DNA of 64,000 bases from Bacteroidia bacterium (GCA_033763015.1 JANRLA010000131.1:19601-83600); one strand, 5' to 3'; counted from the stretch's first letter, positions 37,565 through 48,168 are shown. Notes: generated from the sequence alone by a model not told the origin. A program made the numbers and translations.

Positions 37565-39298
37565 ATGCGTTGTTTGCTCGCCTTGTTCGTACTGCTCCCT
37601 GCCCTGGGGGTAGCCCAGACCCTACAAACGCCCTACGAAGCCAGCGGGGGCACCCAGACGGCCACCTACGCCGAAAGCATCGCGTGGTACCAAGCCCTGG
37701 CAGCCGCCCACCCCAACCGGGTGGTGCTCACCGAGATAGGTATGACCGACGTAGGGCAACCGCTGCACCTGGTGGTTGTGTCCAACGACGGCATTGCCGC
37801 GCCCGACGACCCCCGGCTACGGGGCCGCACGGTGTTCCTGGTCAACAACGGCATTCACCCCGGCGAGCCCGAGGGCATCGATGCCAGTATGCTCCTGGCC
37901 CGCGACCTAGCCCAAGGCAAGCACCCCGAATGGCTAGCGCAGACGGTGCTGCTCATTGTACCCGTGTTCAATGTCGGCGGGGCGCTCAACCGGGGGCCTT
38001 ACAGCCGGGCCAACCAGAACGGCCCTGCGGCCTACGGCTTTCGGGGCAATGCCCGTAACCTGGACCTGAACCGCGACTTCATAAAGCAGGACAGCCGCAA
38101 CGCCCAGTCGCTCATCTACGGCGGCTTTACCCAGTGGCGGCCCCACCTGTTCCTTGACAACCACACGACCAACGGCGCCGATTACCCTCCGGCCATGACG
38201 CTCATCCATAGCCAGCGTAGCAAGCTTGCCCCCGCCTTGCGCAGCTGGTTTGTAGATACCCTCGTGGCCCAGCTTTACGCCCGGCACGAGGCCCTGGGCC
38301 ACCCCCTAAACCCATACTACAACCCCCGCTACGACCAAGCCGAAGGGGGTATTGTCGAGTTTAACGATAGCCCACGCTACAGCACGGGCTTTGCCGCCCT
38401 GCAAAATTGCCCAGGCCTGGTGGCCGAAGCCCACATGCTCAAGCCCTTCGCCGAGCGGGTAGCGGCCACGCGCCGCCTGATGGAGGTGCTGCTCGAGGTG
38501 CTGGCCCAGCAGGGCCCGCGGCTCAGGGCCATGCGCGAAGCCGTCGACGCCGAGCGGCCCACCCGCCACGTGGTGGCCTGGGCCCTGGATACCACCCGCG
38601 TGGACTCGATACGCTTTTACGGCTACCCCGCCCGTCAGAAACCCAGCGCCATCCACGGCCAGCCACGTACTTACTACGACCGCGCTGCACCGTGGGCGCG
38701 TAGCGTGCCCTACTGGGCCCACTACCGCCCCACGGCCGAAGTGGCCGTACCCCAGGCCTACATCATTCCCCAGGCGTGGGGCGAGGTTATCGAGCGGCTC
38801 TGGCGCAGCGGCGTGGGCCTGCAACGGCTGAAAACCGATACCACGCTCGAGGTAACGGTCTACTACCTGCGCCAGTACCAAACCGCTCAGCGCCCCTACG
38901 AGGGGCATTACCTGCACTACAGCGCCCAGCCCGAACCGAAAACCGAGCGCCTGACCTACCGCGCGGGCGACTACCTGGCCTACACCGACCAGCCCACCTG
39001 GCGGGTGCTGGTAGAGACGCTCGAGCCCCAGGGGCCCGACAGCTACTTTAGCTGGGGGTTCTTCGATAGCATCCTGCAGCAAAAAGAGTATTTCAGCGAC
39101 TACCTCTGGGAAGACACCGCCGCCGACCTCCTGGCCACCGACCCCGACCTGCGCCGCCGCTTCGAGGCCGCCAAGGCCGCCGACAGCACCCTGGCCCAAA
39201 CCCCACGCGCCCAGTTAAACTGGCTCTACCGCAACAGCCCCTACTACGAGCCCACGGCCTACCGGTACCCCATCGGGCGGCTGGAACGCAAGCCCTAG
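37565..39298 (+). CDS. secreted M14-family zinc carboxypeptidase-like protein
   Basis: Signal peptide [29 protein letters not shown] (HxxE zinc ligands) and NRDFIK motifs. Confidence 0.7.
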   Translation: MRCLLALFVLLPALGVAQTLQTPYEASGGTQTATYAESIAWYQALAAAHPNRVVLTEIGMTDVGQPLHLVVVSNDGIAAPDDPRLRGRTVFLVNNGIHPGEPEGIDASMLLARDLAQGKHPEWLAQTVLLIVPVFNVGGALNRGPYSRANQNGPAAYGFRGNARNLDLNRDFIKQDSRNAQSLIYGGFTQWRPHLFLDNHTTNGADYPPAMTLIHSQRSKLAPALRSWFVDTLVAQLYARHEALGHPLNPYYNPRYDQAEGGIVEFNDSPRYSTGFAALQNCPGLVAEAHMLKPFAERVAATRRLMEVLLEVLAQQGPRLRAMREAVDAERPTRHVVAWALDTTRVDSIRFYGYPARQKPSAIHGQPRTYYDRAAPWARSVPYWAHYRPTAEVAVPQAYIIPQAWGEVIERLWRSGVGLQRLKTDTTLEVTVYYLRQYQTAQRPYEGHYLHYSAQPEPKTERLTYRAGDYLAYTDQPTWRVLVETLEPQGPDSYFSWGFFDSILQQKEYFSDYLWEDTAADLLATDPDLRRRFEAAKAADSTLAQTPRAQLNWLYRNSPYYEPTAYRYPIGRLERKP

Positions 39299-42030
39299 GC
39301 CAGTTCGGCCAGCTTGCGTTTCACCTCTACCGTGGTGTAGCTCTCGATGACGTCGCCGACCTTGATGTCGTTGAAGTTCTGGATGCTGATACCGCACTCG
39401 AACCCTTGGGCGACCTCTTTCACGTCGTCCTTGAAGCGCTTCAGGGCGTCTACCTGGCCCGCGTAGGCCACAATACCGTCGCGGATGAGGCGTACCGGGT
39501 TGTTCCGCTCGATCTTGCCATCGGTGACCATACACCCGGCCACGGTACCCACCTTGCTGATGCGGAAGACCTCGCGCACCTCGGCTGTACCCATGATGGT
39601 TTCTTCGAGCGTGGGCTTGAGCAGGCCCTCGAGGGCATCCTTGATTTCGTTGATCGCGTCGTAGATGACCGAGTAGAGGCGGATTTCGACCTCTTCGCTC
39701 TCGGCAATCTTGCGGGCCTGCGACGAGGGCCGCACCTGGAAGCCCACAATGACGGCGTTTGAGGCCGAGGCCAGCAGCACATCGCTTTCGGTAATCTGGC
39801 CCACACCACGCATGATAATATTGACCGCCACCTCGCCCGCCGAGAGCTTGAGCAGCGAATCGGCCAGGGCTTCGACCGAGCCATCCACATCGCCCTTGAC
39901 GATGATGTTGAGCTCCTGGAAGTCGCCCAGTGCACTGCGCCGCGCGATTTCTTCGAGCGTGATGTGCTTCGTCATACGGATGGTCTGCTCACGCTGGAGC
40001 TGGGCCCGCTTGGTGGCCAGTTCGCGCGCTTCGCGGTCGGTTTCCATGACCTGGAACTTGTCGCCGGCAGCGGGCACACCGTCCAGGCCCAGAATCTGCA
40101 CCGGGGTGGCCGGGCCAGCACTGGTCTTGCGGTTGCCGCGCTCGTCGGTCATGGCCTTTACGCGCCCGTAGTGGGCGTTGGCCAGCACGATATCGCCAAT
40201 CTTGAGTGTACCCGACTGCACGAGCACGGTGGCCACGGCCCCCCGGCCTTTGTCGAGCTGGGCCTCGATCACCACACCACGGGCGGGTTTATCGGGGTTG
40301 GCCTTCAGGTCAAGGATTTCCGACTCCAGCAGCACCTTGTCGAGCAGCTTGTCGATGTTCAGGCCCTGCTTGGCCGAGATTTCCTGGCACTGGATTTTGC
40401 CACCCCACTCTTCTACCAGCAGGTTCATGCCCGCCAGTTGCTCGCGGATCTTGTCGGCGTTGGCCCCTGGCTTGTCAATCTTGTTGATGGCAATGACCAT
40501 GGGCACCCCGGCGGCTTGCGCGTGGTTGATGGCCTCGCGGGTTTGGGGCATCACCTGGTCGTCGGCAGCCACCACAATGATGGCTACGTCGGTCACCTGG
40601 GCACCACGGGCCCGCATGGCGGTAAAGGCTTCGTGGCCAGGGGTATCTAAGAAGGTGATGCTGCGCCCATCGGGTAGGGTTACCTCGTAGGCACCAATGT
40701 GCTGGGTAATGCCCCCAGCCTCGCCCGCGACCACGTTGGCTGTGCGGATAAAGTCGAGCAGCGAGGTCTTGCCGTGGTCAACGTGGCCCATGACGGTAAC
40801 AATGGGCGGGCGCTGCTGCAGCAGTTCGGGGTCGTCTTCCTCTTCCTCGACCAGGTACTGTTCGTCGAAGGTTACGAACCGCACCTCGTAGCCAAACTCT
40901 TGGGCGATGAGCTCGATCACCTCGCGGTCAATCCGCTGGTTGATCGAGACAAAGAGCCCCAGTTCCAGACACTTGGCGATGACCTCGTTCACCGAAACGT
41001 CCATGAGACTGGCCAGTTCATTGGCCGTCAAGAACTCGGTGACCTCAAGAATATTGCTCTCGCCCAGGCGCTGCTGTTCAATCAGGTCGCGCTTGGCGGC
41101 CATGGTATCGCGCTTTTCGCGGCGCATTTTCTGGCGCGAACGGCTGGTGCCTTTGCCCAGCTCGCCCAGGGTGCTCCGTACGTTGTCTTTGACCTCCTTG
41201 CTGGTAGGGGTCTTGTCGTGTTTCTTCTTGTTGTTGCCCGGGGGCAGGGTCTTTTTGCCGGCGCTACTACCCGAGGTACTCTCGGCGTACAGGGTAGAGC
41301 TGCTGAGGGGCGCCTGCGTTTTACGCTTGCGTTTGCGCTTCTCGTCGGCGCTACCACCCGTACCGGCAGCGGTGGTGTTGGGGCGCTTTTGGGGCTCTTG
41401 CTTCGAAAGGTCGATTTTGCCGACCACCTTGAGGCCCGAGAGCTTGGGTGAGCGGTCTTTGGCCCGGATCATCTCGGGGCCGGCCTCCTCGACCGCGGGT
41501 ACTTCAACGGGCGTGTCTAGCACCGGGGCCACCGGCGTTTCGAGCACGACCTCGGGTACCGGGGCCACGACCGGTGCTTCGGCTACCGGTTTCTCAATCG
41601 GTTTCTCGGCAACCTTCTCAACAGGTTTTGCCTCGGCAGCGGGGGCTTTGGCACGGGGTTTCTTCAGGGCCTCCAGGTCAACTTTGCCAACCACCTTTAG
41701 CTTGGGCTTTTCGGCTTCGGCTTTGTCGAGCAGCTGCACCTTGAGTTCCTGGGCCGTTTTTACCGGCGCGGCATCCTCCTGTTCGGTGGGTTGTACCGGC
41801 GAATCGGAGAGTACCTGTACCTTAATCTGGTCGGCTTTCTCCTTGAGGCGTTTCTCTGAGGCAAACTCCTTGAGCAGCAGGTCGTACTGCTCCTGGCTCA
41901 GCTTGGTGTTGGGGTTCTCCTCTACCTTGTGGCTTTGGCTAGCCAAAAACCCTACCAGGGTGCTCGTCCCTATGTTGAGCTCCTTCGAGACTTTAAACAG
42001 ACGGTAGGATTTTGATTTTTCTTCGCTCAT
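39295..42030 (-). CDS. infB: translation initiation factor IF-2
   Basis: G domain with [20 protein letters not shown] and NKIDK motifs. Low-complexity Pro/Glu/Lys-rich N-terminus. Starts at ATG 42030 ([14 protein letters not shown]). Confidence 0.95.
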   Translation of the reverse strand: MSEEKSKSYRLFKVSKELNIGTSTLVGFLASQSHKVEENPNTKLSQEQYDLLLKEFASEKRLKEKADQIKVQVLSDSPVQPTEQEDAAPVKTAQELKVQLLDKAEAEKPKLKVVGKVDLEALKKPRAKAPAAEAKPVEKVAEKPIEKPVAEAPVVAPVPEVVLETPVAPVLDTPVEVPAVEEAGPEMIRAKDRSPKLSGLKVVGKIDLSKQEPQKRPNTTAAGTGGSADEKRKRKRKTQAPLSSSTLYAESTSGSSAGKKTLPPGNNKKKHDKTPTSKEVKDNVRSTLGELGKGTSRSRQKMRREKRDTMAAKRDLIEQQRLGESNILEVTEFLTANELASLMDVSVNEVIAKCLELGLFVSINQRIDREVIELIAQEFGYEVRFVTFDEQYLVEEEEDDPELLQQRPPIVTVMGHVDHGKTSLLDFIRTANVVAGEAGGITQHIGAYEVTLPDGRSITFLDTPGHEAFTAMRARGAQVTDVAIIVVAADDQVMPQTREAINHAQAAGVPMVIAINKIDKPGANADKIREQLAGMNLLVEEWGGKIQCQEISAKQGLNIDKLLDKVLLESEILDLKANPDKPARGVVIEAQLDKGRGAVATVLVQSGTLKIGDIVLANAHYGRVKAMTDERGNRKTSAGPATPVQILGLDGVPAAGDKFQVMETDREARELATKRAQLQREQTIRMTKHITLEEIARRSALGDFQELNIIVKGDVDGSVEALADSLLKLSAGEVAVNIIMRGVGQITESDVLLASASNAVIVGFQVRPSSQARKIAESEEVEIRLYSVIYDAINEIKDALEGLLKPTLEETIMGTAEVREVFRISKVGTVAGCMVTDGKIERNNPVRLIRDGIVAYAGQVDALKRFKDDVKEVAQGFECGISIQNFNDIKVGDVIESYTTVEVKRKLAELA

Positions 42031-42140
42031 GCAGTAAGAGGGGTACACCTTGCCAGCGGGCAAAGTTCGGAACTATCGCCGAAACAAGCACACCCCAGCC
42101 CCGGCATAGGCTCTGGGTGTGGACACTTAGCTAGCCACGG

Positions 42141-43421
42141 CTACCCTGCGTCTTCAAATTCGGCCTTCAGCACCGCTACGATCTCTTCAATCGTTTCGCG
42201 CTCTAGCTGTGTACGGCGTTCCAGTTCATCGACCGAGAGCTTGAGTACGCTCTTGGCCGTATCGAGGCCAATGCCTTTGAGTTCGGCGATGACCCAGTCT
42301 TCGATTTCGTCGGTGAACTCGTCCAGGTCTACGTCTTCCTCGGCCATTTCCTGTTGGTCCATTTCGCGGAAGACATCGATTTCATAGCCCACCAGTTCGC
42401 CTGCCAGCCGCACGTTCTGGCCGCCTTTGCCAATGGCCATCGCGATCTGGTCTTGGCGCAGGTACACCGAGGCGTGCTTGCGCGTCTCGTCGATGATGAT
42501 CTGCGAAATCTTGGCCGGCGATAGCGCCCGTGCGATGTAAATCTGCAGGTTGGGGCTGTAGTTGATAACGTCGATATTCTCGTTGCGCAGTTCCCGCACG
42601 ATGCCGTGGATACGGCTACCGCGCATACCTACACACGCGCCCACGGGGTCGATGCGGTCGTCGTAGCTCTCGACCGACACCTTGGCCCGCTCGCCGGGCT
42701 CGCGCACGATGTTTTTGATGGTGATGAGCCCGTCGTAGATCTCAGGCACCTCTTGCTCGAAGAGCCGCTCCAAAAACACCGGCGCCGCGCGGCTGATGAT
42801 GACCCGGGGGTTGCCGTTGCGCATCTCGACGTCCAGCACCGCAGCGCGGATGACATCCCCTTTCTTGTAGCGGTCTTTGGCAATCTGCTCGGCCTTGGGC
42901 ATGACCAGCTCGTTGCCCTCGTGCATGACCAGGATCTCATTGCGCCAGATCTGGTACACCTCCCCGACAATGATCTCGCCCTTCATGTCCTCGTACTGCT
43001 GGTAGACGGCGCCTTTTTCAAGCTCCTTGATACGCTGGGCGAGCAGTTGCTTGGCCGCCATGACGGCGCGGCGACCAAAGTCGATGAAGTTGATCTCTTC
43101 GGCCAAATCGTCGCCGACCTCGTAGTCGTCGTCGATCTGCAGGGCCTCGGAGAGGGTAATCTGCGTGTTCTCGTCTTCGAGCTCGCTATCGTTCACGATG
43201 CGCCGCTCGCGGAAGGCCTGGATGTCGCCTTTGTCGACGTTGATAATGACGTTGAAGTTCTCGTCGGAGCCGTACTTGCGCCGAATCATGGTACGGAATA
43301 CGTCTTCGAGTACCGTCATGAGCGTAGCACGGTCGACCCCCCGAAAGTTGGAGAATTCGCCCAGCCGCTCAATGAGGTTTACCCGGATGTCGGGTTCGGG
43401 GGCTGCGGTCTTTTTAGCCAT
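42141..43421 (-). CDS. nusA: transcription termination/antitermination factor NusA
   Basis: S1 domain (GEIIVGEVYQIWRNEILV) and KH domains (DPVGACVGMRGSRI and AIGKGGQNVRLAGEL). Confidence 0.95.
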   Translation of the reverse strand: MAKKTAAPEPDIRVNLIERLGEFSNFRGVDRATLMTVLEDVFRTMIRRKYGSDENFNVIINVDKGDIQAFRERRIVNDSELEDENTQITLSEALQIDDDYEVGDDLAEEINFIDFGRRAVMAAKQLLAQRIKELEKGAVYQQYEDMKGEIIVGEVYQIWRNEILVMHEGNELVMPKAEQIAKDRYKKGDVIRAAVLDVEMRNGNPRVIISRAAPVFLERLFEQEVPEIYDGLITIKNIVREPGERAKVSVESYDDRIDPVGACVGMRGSRIHGIVRELRNENIDVINYSPNLQIYIARALSPAKISQIIIDETRKHASVYLRQDQIAMAIGKGGQNVRLAGELVGYEIDVFREMDQQEMAEEDVDLDEFTDEIEDWVIAELKGIGLDTAKSVLKLSVDELERRTQLERETIEEIVAVLKAEFEDAG

Positions 43422-43448
43422 GGTACAGGTGCGGCCCGTAGGGCCAGG

Positions 43449-43934
43449 TTAGTCAGTTTTGGCGAAGGAAATGGTGACAACGGCGGTCTTTATGTCCGCT
43501 ATCAGAAGGTTGCGTGGGGTAGGTACAGGCTTTTTGCTCCCCGGTGCCTTTACCGGTACCACCAACGTGAGCTGCTCTGGGCTCGCGGCTTCTAAGGTGC
43601 CGGTAAGCTTTTCGCCCTGGGTGGTCTCTACCTCGAGGGTACGGCCTACGTTCTTGGTGAACTGCCGGGGTAGGCGCAGCGGCCTACCGACCCCCGGCGA
43701 CGACACCTCGAACGCGTAGTCGTCGGGCAGTAAACCCGCCGCCTCGAGCAGAGGCCGCAATTCACGGTTCAGCTCAGTGCATTCGCCAAGCGTGATGCCG
43801 CTGTCGGTATCGACGAGAAGGTGGAGCGCTTTGCTACGGCCCGAGAGGAGTTCGATGTCCACCAGGTAAAACACGTCGCCCCTGTCCGCCAGGTGGGCGG
43901 TCACCCAATGGGCAACAGCGGCTTTGTCGAGCAC
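43449..43934 (-). CDS. rimP: ribosome maturation factor RimP
   Basis: Located immediately upstream of nusA. The FYLVDIEL...LHLLVDTDSGITLGECTELNREL pattern is RimP-like. GTG 43934 gives 161 aa. The longest ORF (GTG 43979) would start inside a terminator hairpin. Confidence 0.75.
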   Translation of the reverse strand: MLDKAAVAHWVTAHLADRGDVFYLVDIELLSGRSKALHLLVDTDSGITLGECTELNRELRPLLEAAGLLPDDYAFEVSSPGVGRPLRLPRQFTKNVGRTLEVETTQGEKLTGTLEAASPEQLTLVVPVKAPGSKKPVPTPRNLLIADIKTAVVTISFAKTD

Positions 43935-43965
43935 AGGTGCGAGGGTTGGTGGCAGGATGGGTACG

Positions 43966-43986
43966 AAAAAAGGGGGCACTGCCCCC
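43966..43986 (-). terminator. intrinsic terminator/attenuator hairpin in the rimP-nusA-infB leader
   Basis: Minus-strand RNA reads GGGGGC-AGU-GCCCCC followed by UUUUUU (43966-43971). Confidence 0.6.
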
Positions 43987-43997
43987 CTTCACTGCCG

Positions 43998-44005
43998 CAA
44001 AGGTA
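43998..44005 (-). promoter_or_regulatory. -7 promoter box TACCTTTG for the rimP operon
   Basis: Perfect TAnnTTTG on the minus strand, about 11 nt upstream of the hairpin. Confidence 0.5.
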
Positions 44006-44053
44006 GCGCACGGGTGCAGTTGGGTGCAAGCCCCCGCACGTGCACCTTGCACC

Positions 44054-44356
44054 ATGGACGCACTGTGGGCCGATGCGGCCCGTCACCTGACGCGCAAAAC
44101 CGACTTGCCCGACTACCTGGGCCCCCTCACGCAAGCAGGGCTGGAGGCCTGGGTGGCCCAGCACGTCCAAGCGCTGCTTACCCACGGGCAGTTCGAGGCC
44201 CTGGTGCAGCTCTGTTACCGGGTAGACGTGCCCGAAACGGCCTTTCGGCAAGCCATCGAGCTGCGCGAGCCACCGTCCATCGCCGCCGAGCTCGCCCGGC
44301 TGCTCGTGGCCCGCGAGCTTGAAAAGGCCAAATCGCGCCGCAGCTACCGCACATAA
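44054..44356 (+). CDS. conserved hypothetical 100-aa protein preceding nuoH
   Basis: ATG 44054. Helical protein containing LCYRVDVPE...IAAELARLLVARELEKAKSRR. Its stop lies 17 nt before nuoH. Confidence 0.5.
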   Translation: MDALWADAARHLTRKTDLPDYLGPLTQAGLEAWVAQHVQALLTHGQFEALVQLCYRVDVPETAFRQAIELREPPSIAAELARLLVARELEKAKSRRSYRT

Positions 44357-44373
44357 GGCCCCGCAAGCCGAAC

Positions 44374-45471
44374 TTGCCGCCTGTGGCACTTGTGCAGCTG
44401 GTACCGGTAGTCTTTTGGCTGGGCTTTGTAGCCGTGTTTGTGCTCGTGGCCGTGTATGCCGAGCGCAAAGTGTCGGCCTTTATCCAAGACCGGCTCGGGC
44501 CCACGGAAAACGGGCCCTATGGTCTGCTGCAAACCCCCGCCGACGTACTCAAGCTGCTCACCAAAGAAGCCATTGTGCCCGCCGCCGCCGACCGGCGGCT
44601 GTTTCTGCTGGCCCCGCTGGTGGTTTTTGCCAGCGTGTTTGCAGGGTTTGCCGTCATCCCATTCGCACCCGGCTGGGTGGGCAGTGGGCTCAACGTGGGC
44701 ATCCTGTTCCTCCTGGCCTTTGTGAGCATTGAGGTGATTGGCATCCTGATGGCCGGGTGGGGCTCGAACAATAAGTACGCGCTCTTGGGCGGGGTGCGTT
44801 CGGTAGCCCAGATCATTGCCTACGAGGTGCCCGCCGGCCTGGCCCTACTGGCCGCAGTGCTTATGTACGGCAGCTTTTCGTTGGGCGAGATCGCAGCGCA
44901 ACAAGGCACCTTGGCCGCAGAAGCCAAGCTGCTGGGCGCCTGGGACGTAGCCCCGGTCGGCGGGCTCACGGCCTGGGGCGTGGTGCGCTACCCGCACCTG
45001 CTGCTGGTGTTTGTTATCTTCTTCATTGCGACCCTGGCCGAAGCCAACCGCGCACCGTTCGATATCCCCGAGGCCGAAAGTGAGCTCATCGCGGGCTTCC
45101 ACGTCGAATACTCGGGCTTCCGGTTTGCCATCTTCTTTTTGGCCGAATACGCCAGCATGCTCATCGCGTGCTTCCTGGCGGCTTTTCTTTTTTTTGGTGG
45201 CTGGAACACGCCGCTACCCAACCTGGGTAGCGTCCGTTTGGCCGATTGGACCATGGGCGCGCCCGGTACCTTGGGCGGGGCCATTTGGGGGGCGCTCTGG
45301 CTGGTGGCCAAAGCGCTGGTGCTGTTCTTTATCCAACTCTGGGTGCGGTGGAGCTACCCTCGCCTCAGGGCCGACCAGCTCATGCGCCTGTGCTGGCAAT
45401 ACCTTACCCCCGCCGCGCTGCTGCTAGTGCTGCTCTCGGCGGCGTGGAAGGTGTGGGAGGTTTCGGGCTAA
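44374..45471 (+). CDS. nuoH: NADH-quinone oxidoreductase subunit H
   Basis: YAERKVSAFIQDRLGP, GWGSNNKYALLGGVRSVAQIIAYEV and EANRAPFDIPEAESEL motifs with 8 TM helices. Start is TTG 44374 or a nearby GTG. Confidence 0.95.
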   Translation: MPPVALVQLVPVVFWLGFVAVFVLVAVYAERKVSAFIQDRLGPTENGPYGLLQTPADVLKLLTKEAIVPAAADRRLFLLAPLVVFASVFAGFAVIPFAPGWVGSGLNVGILFLLAFVSIEVIGILMAGWGSNNKYALLGGVRSVAQIIAYEVPAGLALLAAVLMYGSFSLGEIAAQQGTLAAEAKLLGAWDVAPVGGLTAWGVVRYPHLLLVFVIFFIATLAEANRAPFDIPEAESELIAGFHVEYSGFRFAIFFLAEYASMLIACFLAAFLFFGGWNTPLPNLGSVRLADWTMGAPGTLGGAIWGALWLVAKALVLFFIQLWVRWSYPRLRADQLMRLCWQYLTPAALLLVLLSAAWKVWEVSG

Positions 45472-45794
45472 AACTCGTCCCAGTTGAACGAGCCGTCGTC
45501 GAGCTTGGGCACTACCGACACGTCCTCAATCGCATCGATCGGGATGCGGCTCAGAATGCGAGGCCACTGCTCGCCGTCTTCTTCTACAAACGTGATCTTG
45601 TCTTTCAGTCGGCGTTCGACGATGTGCAGGATCACCAGCTCTTCGGCCTCGGCAAACTTCTTTTCGACTAGGTCGAGCACTTGCTTCTCCTTGACAGCAT
45701 GAATAAAGCCGTCCTCTTTCAGGCTCGGGTGTACGTAGTAGCCCGTCTGCAGGGCGCGCTTCCAGCTTTCGCTGTCGGTGATGTGGAATATCAT
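45468..45794 (-). CDS. DUF952-family protein
   Basis: MIFHITDSESWKRALQTGYY...SLKEDGFIHAV is the typical DUF952 N-terminus. Confidence 0.7.
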   Translation of the reverse strand: MIFHITDSESWKRALQTGYYVHPSLKEDGFIHAVKEKQVLDLVEKKFAEAEELVILHIVERRLKDKITFVEEDGEQWPRILSRIPIDAIEDVSVVPKLDDGSFNWDEF

Positions 45795-45881
45795 GCCAGG
45801 AGATGTGGCGGACGGGCCCGCCTTGGCGCGTAAAGCACTACACAGAATTGCCACTTATGCAACCCTGTGGGGGTTAAATTT

Positions 45882-47033
45882 TTACGCCTGTTCCAGGAAC
45901 CGCACAATCGCCTCTGCGGCCCGTTCGCTCGCCCCAGGCCCGCCGAGTGCTGCACGCAAGGCGGCGTAGTCGGCCAGTTGGGCCTCTCTGCGTGCGCCAT
46001 CGTCTACCAACGCCTCCAGCTCGGTGCGCAGCGCCTGGGGCGTACAGGCCTCTTGAATATACTCGCGCACCGCCATGCGCCCCAGAATCAGGTTGGGCAG
46101 CCCGATGTAGTCTATGCCCTTGATGAGTGCTCGCGCAATGCGGTAGCTCAGGGCATTGACGCGGTAGCCCAGCAGTTGCGGGGTGCCCAGCAGTGCGGTT
46201 TCGAGCGTAGCAGTGCCACTGCACACCAGCGCCGCACGCGCGCCACGTACCACATCGTAGGTGCGGTGCTGCACCAGGCGCACCTGCTGGGCACTGAGCC
46301 CCAGCTGCGCCAGGATAGGGGCGAAGTCGGCGGCCTGGCGCTGTGGCGCCTGGGCGATGACGGCCGGGTAACGGTCTAGCAGCGGCCGTGCGGCCTCGAG
46401 CAATACCGGCAGCATGCGCGCCACTTCGTTTTTGCGGCTGCCCGGCAGCACGGCCAGGTAGCCGCCCTCGGGTAGGCCCAGCTCGGCGGGTAGGGTGTTG
46501 GGGGTGGCCAGTACGGGCGCTAGGGCATCGAGCAGGGGGTGGCCTGGGAAGGTGGTACTCACCCCGCGGCTGCGGTAAAACTCGACCTCAAAGGGCAGGA
46601 TGGGCAGCCTGAGGCCCACGTAGTCGCGCAGCTGGGCCAGGCGCCCGGGCTTCCAGGCCCACACCTGCGGCAGGATGTAGTACACCACCGGGATGCCCTG
46701 GGCGTGGGCCCAGCGCGCCATGCGCAGGTTGAAGCCGGGGTAGTCTATACAGACCAGCGCCGCCGGGCGGTGGGCCCGGATGTCGGCCTTGATGCGTTTG
46801 AACAGCCCCAGGATGGTGGGTAGGTGCCGCACCACCTCGACGAAGCCGAAGTAGTCGGTCGTGCGGTTGTCTACGCTGATGCTGGCCCCGGCCGCCGCCA
46901 GCTGCGCACCCCCGAAGGCCCGGTACTGCCACGTGGGCCGAAGCTGCCCTAGGGCACGCACCAGGTTGGCCCCGTGCAGGTCGCCCGATGCCTCACCGGC
47001 GAGGAGGTAGAGATTAGTAGAGTTTAAGGGCAA
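45882..47033 (-). CDS. lpxB: lipid-A-disaccharide synthase
   Basis: LYLLAGEASGDLHGANLVRAL N-terminus, DYPGFNLRMA, and SGTATLE motifs. Confidence 0.9.
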   Translation of the reverse strand: MPLNSTNLYLLAGEASGDLHGANLVRALGQLRPTWQYRAFGGAQLAAAGASISVDNRTTDYFGFVEVVRHLPTILGLFKRIKADIRAHRPAALVCIDYPGFNLRMARWAHAQGIPVVYYILPQVWAWKPGRLAQLRDYVGLRLPILPFEVEFYRSRGVSTTFPGHPLLDALAPVLATPNTLPAELGLPEGGYLAVLPGSRKNEVARMLPVLLEAARPLLDRYPAVIAQAPQRQAADFAPILAQLGLSAQQVRLVQHRTYDVVRGARAALVCSGTATLETALLGTPQLLGYRVNALSYRIARALIKGIDYIGLPNLILGRMAVREYIQEACTPQALRTELEALVDDGARREAQLADYAALRAALGGPGASERAAEAIVRFLEQA

Positions 47034-47057
47034 GTAAGTCTTAAAAAGAAGGCAAGT

Positions 47058-48116
47058 CTATCCTAATCCTAGTAGTTCACAGGCGCGCTGCCCAACCACC
47101 GGCGCAAGCAGCACGCCGTGCCGGTACAGGCCGTTTAGCCAGACTACGGGCGCAGTGGGGTGGCGCGCCACGAGGGGCTGGCGGCTGGCGGTAGCAGGGC
47201 GGTGGCCGGTCCACAGGTCCAATATCGGTAGATCGTAGGTGCCGGGCACGGCGGCGTAGGCTTTGCGTAGCACATCGAGTAGGCCACCGGCCGTCAGGCT
47301 GCGGTCGGCGCCCACTTCCTCGGCGGTACTACCCAGCACCAGGCGGTCGGTTTTGGGCACCAGGTAGGCGTTGCCCCACGCCCGGCTACGGATGCGCACC
47401 ACGTGGCGCAGCCCCCCAAACTGCGGCCCGCTGGGGGCCAGGGCCACCATCTGCCCTTTGATGGGCTTTACGGCCTCGGGCGGCCCTAGGGGCTGGGGTA
47501 CCGGGTAGGCCCCCGTGGCCAGCACCAGCGCACGGGCCGCTACCGTGCCGCTCGTCGTGGTAATGGAAATACCGCCCGGTGCAACGGCCCAGCCCAGCAC
47601 CTCGGTATGCGGGTGTAGGCTTGCCCCTTGGGCACGCAGGTAGCCTACCAGGGCCCCCACGAGCTTGCGGTTGTCTGCCTGCCAATCGCCGGGCGCGAAC
47701 ACGCCAGCGGGCAGCGTGGGGCTAAGGGCGGGCTCGCGTGCGCGCAGCTGGGTGCCGCTCAGCCACTCGACGGCAAGCCCCTGCTGCTGCTGGAACTGGA
47801 ACAACCGTTCTAGGTAAGGCACATCGTCGGGGCTGAGGGCGACCTCGAGAGTACCGGTGCGCTCCAGGCCAATGTCGCCGAGCAGGGCCTCCCATTGGGG
47901 GTAGAGCGCTAGGCTGGCCTGGCCCAGGCGTAGCAGATCGAGCTCCTGGAACTCCAGTTCATTCACAGGGGCCAGCATGCCCGCGGCGGCCCAGGTGGTG
48001 CCGCGCCCGAACTCGGCTTTGTCGTAGACGGCCACCGGCACCCCGCGCTGGCACAGGGTGAACGCCACGCTGAGGCCCGCAATACCCCCCCCAACAATTG
48101 CTACCGGCCCATCCAT
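47058..48116 (-). CDS. thiO: FAD-dependent glycine oxidase-like oxidoreductase
   Basis: VAIVGGGIAGLSVAF dinucleotide fold and DAO-family length (352 aa). The ThiO assignment rests on family resemblance and the thiS/thiE genes in the window. Confidence 0.6.
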   Translation of the reverse strand: MDGPVAIVGGGIAGLSVAFTLCQRGVPVAVYDKAEFGRGTTWAAAGMLAPVNELEFQELDLLRLGQASLALYPQWEALLGDIGLERTGTLEVALSPDDVPYLERLFQFQQQQGLAVEWLSGTQLRAREPALSPTLPAGVFAPGDWQADNRKLVGALVGYLRAQGASLHPHTEVLGWAVAPGGISITTTSGTVAARALVLATGAYPVPQPLGPPEAVKPIKGQMVALAPSGPQFGGLRHVVRIRSRAWGNAYLVPKTDRLVLGSTAEEVGADRSLTAGGLLDVLRKAYAAVPGTYDLPILDLWTGHRPATASRQPLVARHPTAPVVWLNGLYRHGVLLAPVVGQRACELLGLG

Positions 48117-48120
48117 ACCA

Positions 48121-48128
48121 CAAACTTA
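48121..48128 (-). promoter_or_regulatory. -7 box TAAGTTTG 4 nt upstream of thiO ATG
   Basis: Perfect TAnnTTTG on the minus strand. ATG at 48116. Confidence 0.5.
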
Positions 48129-48160
48129 CCCGCCCTATACGACCCCGGTTGAATTCACGT

Positions 48161-48168
48161 TACCTTTG
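48161..48168 (+). promoter_or_regulatory. -7 box TACCTTTG 3 nt upstream of ATG 48172
   Basis: Perfect TAnnTTTG on the plus strand. Confidence 0.4.

Noticed and set aside
40907-42007. 366-codon and other long ORFs (39964-40650, 40699-41451, 42606-43595, 38306-39199, 19792-20640, 4313-5065) opposite or out of frame to infB, nusA, the M14 peptidase, the zinc-ribbon gene and corA
   Set aside because: All are Ser/Arg/Gly/Leu-rich with no recognisable domains, and all are nested in genes with strong family motifs.
42064-42140. Bulged hairpin CACACCCCAG...CTGGGTGTG between nusA and infB as a second attenuator
   Set aside because: The stem is imperfect, has no U-tract on the coding (minus) strand, and has a long loop. 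That is not enough to call a feature, though a near-consensus -7 box (GAACTTTG, minus strand, about 42051-42058) hints at an internal infB promoter.
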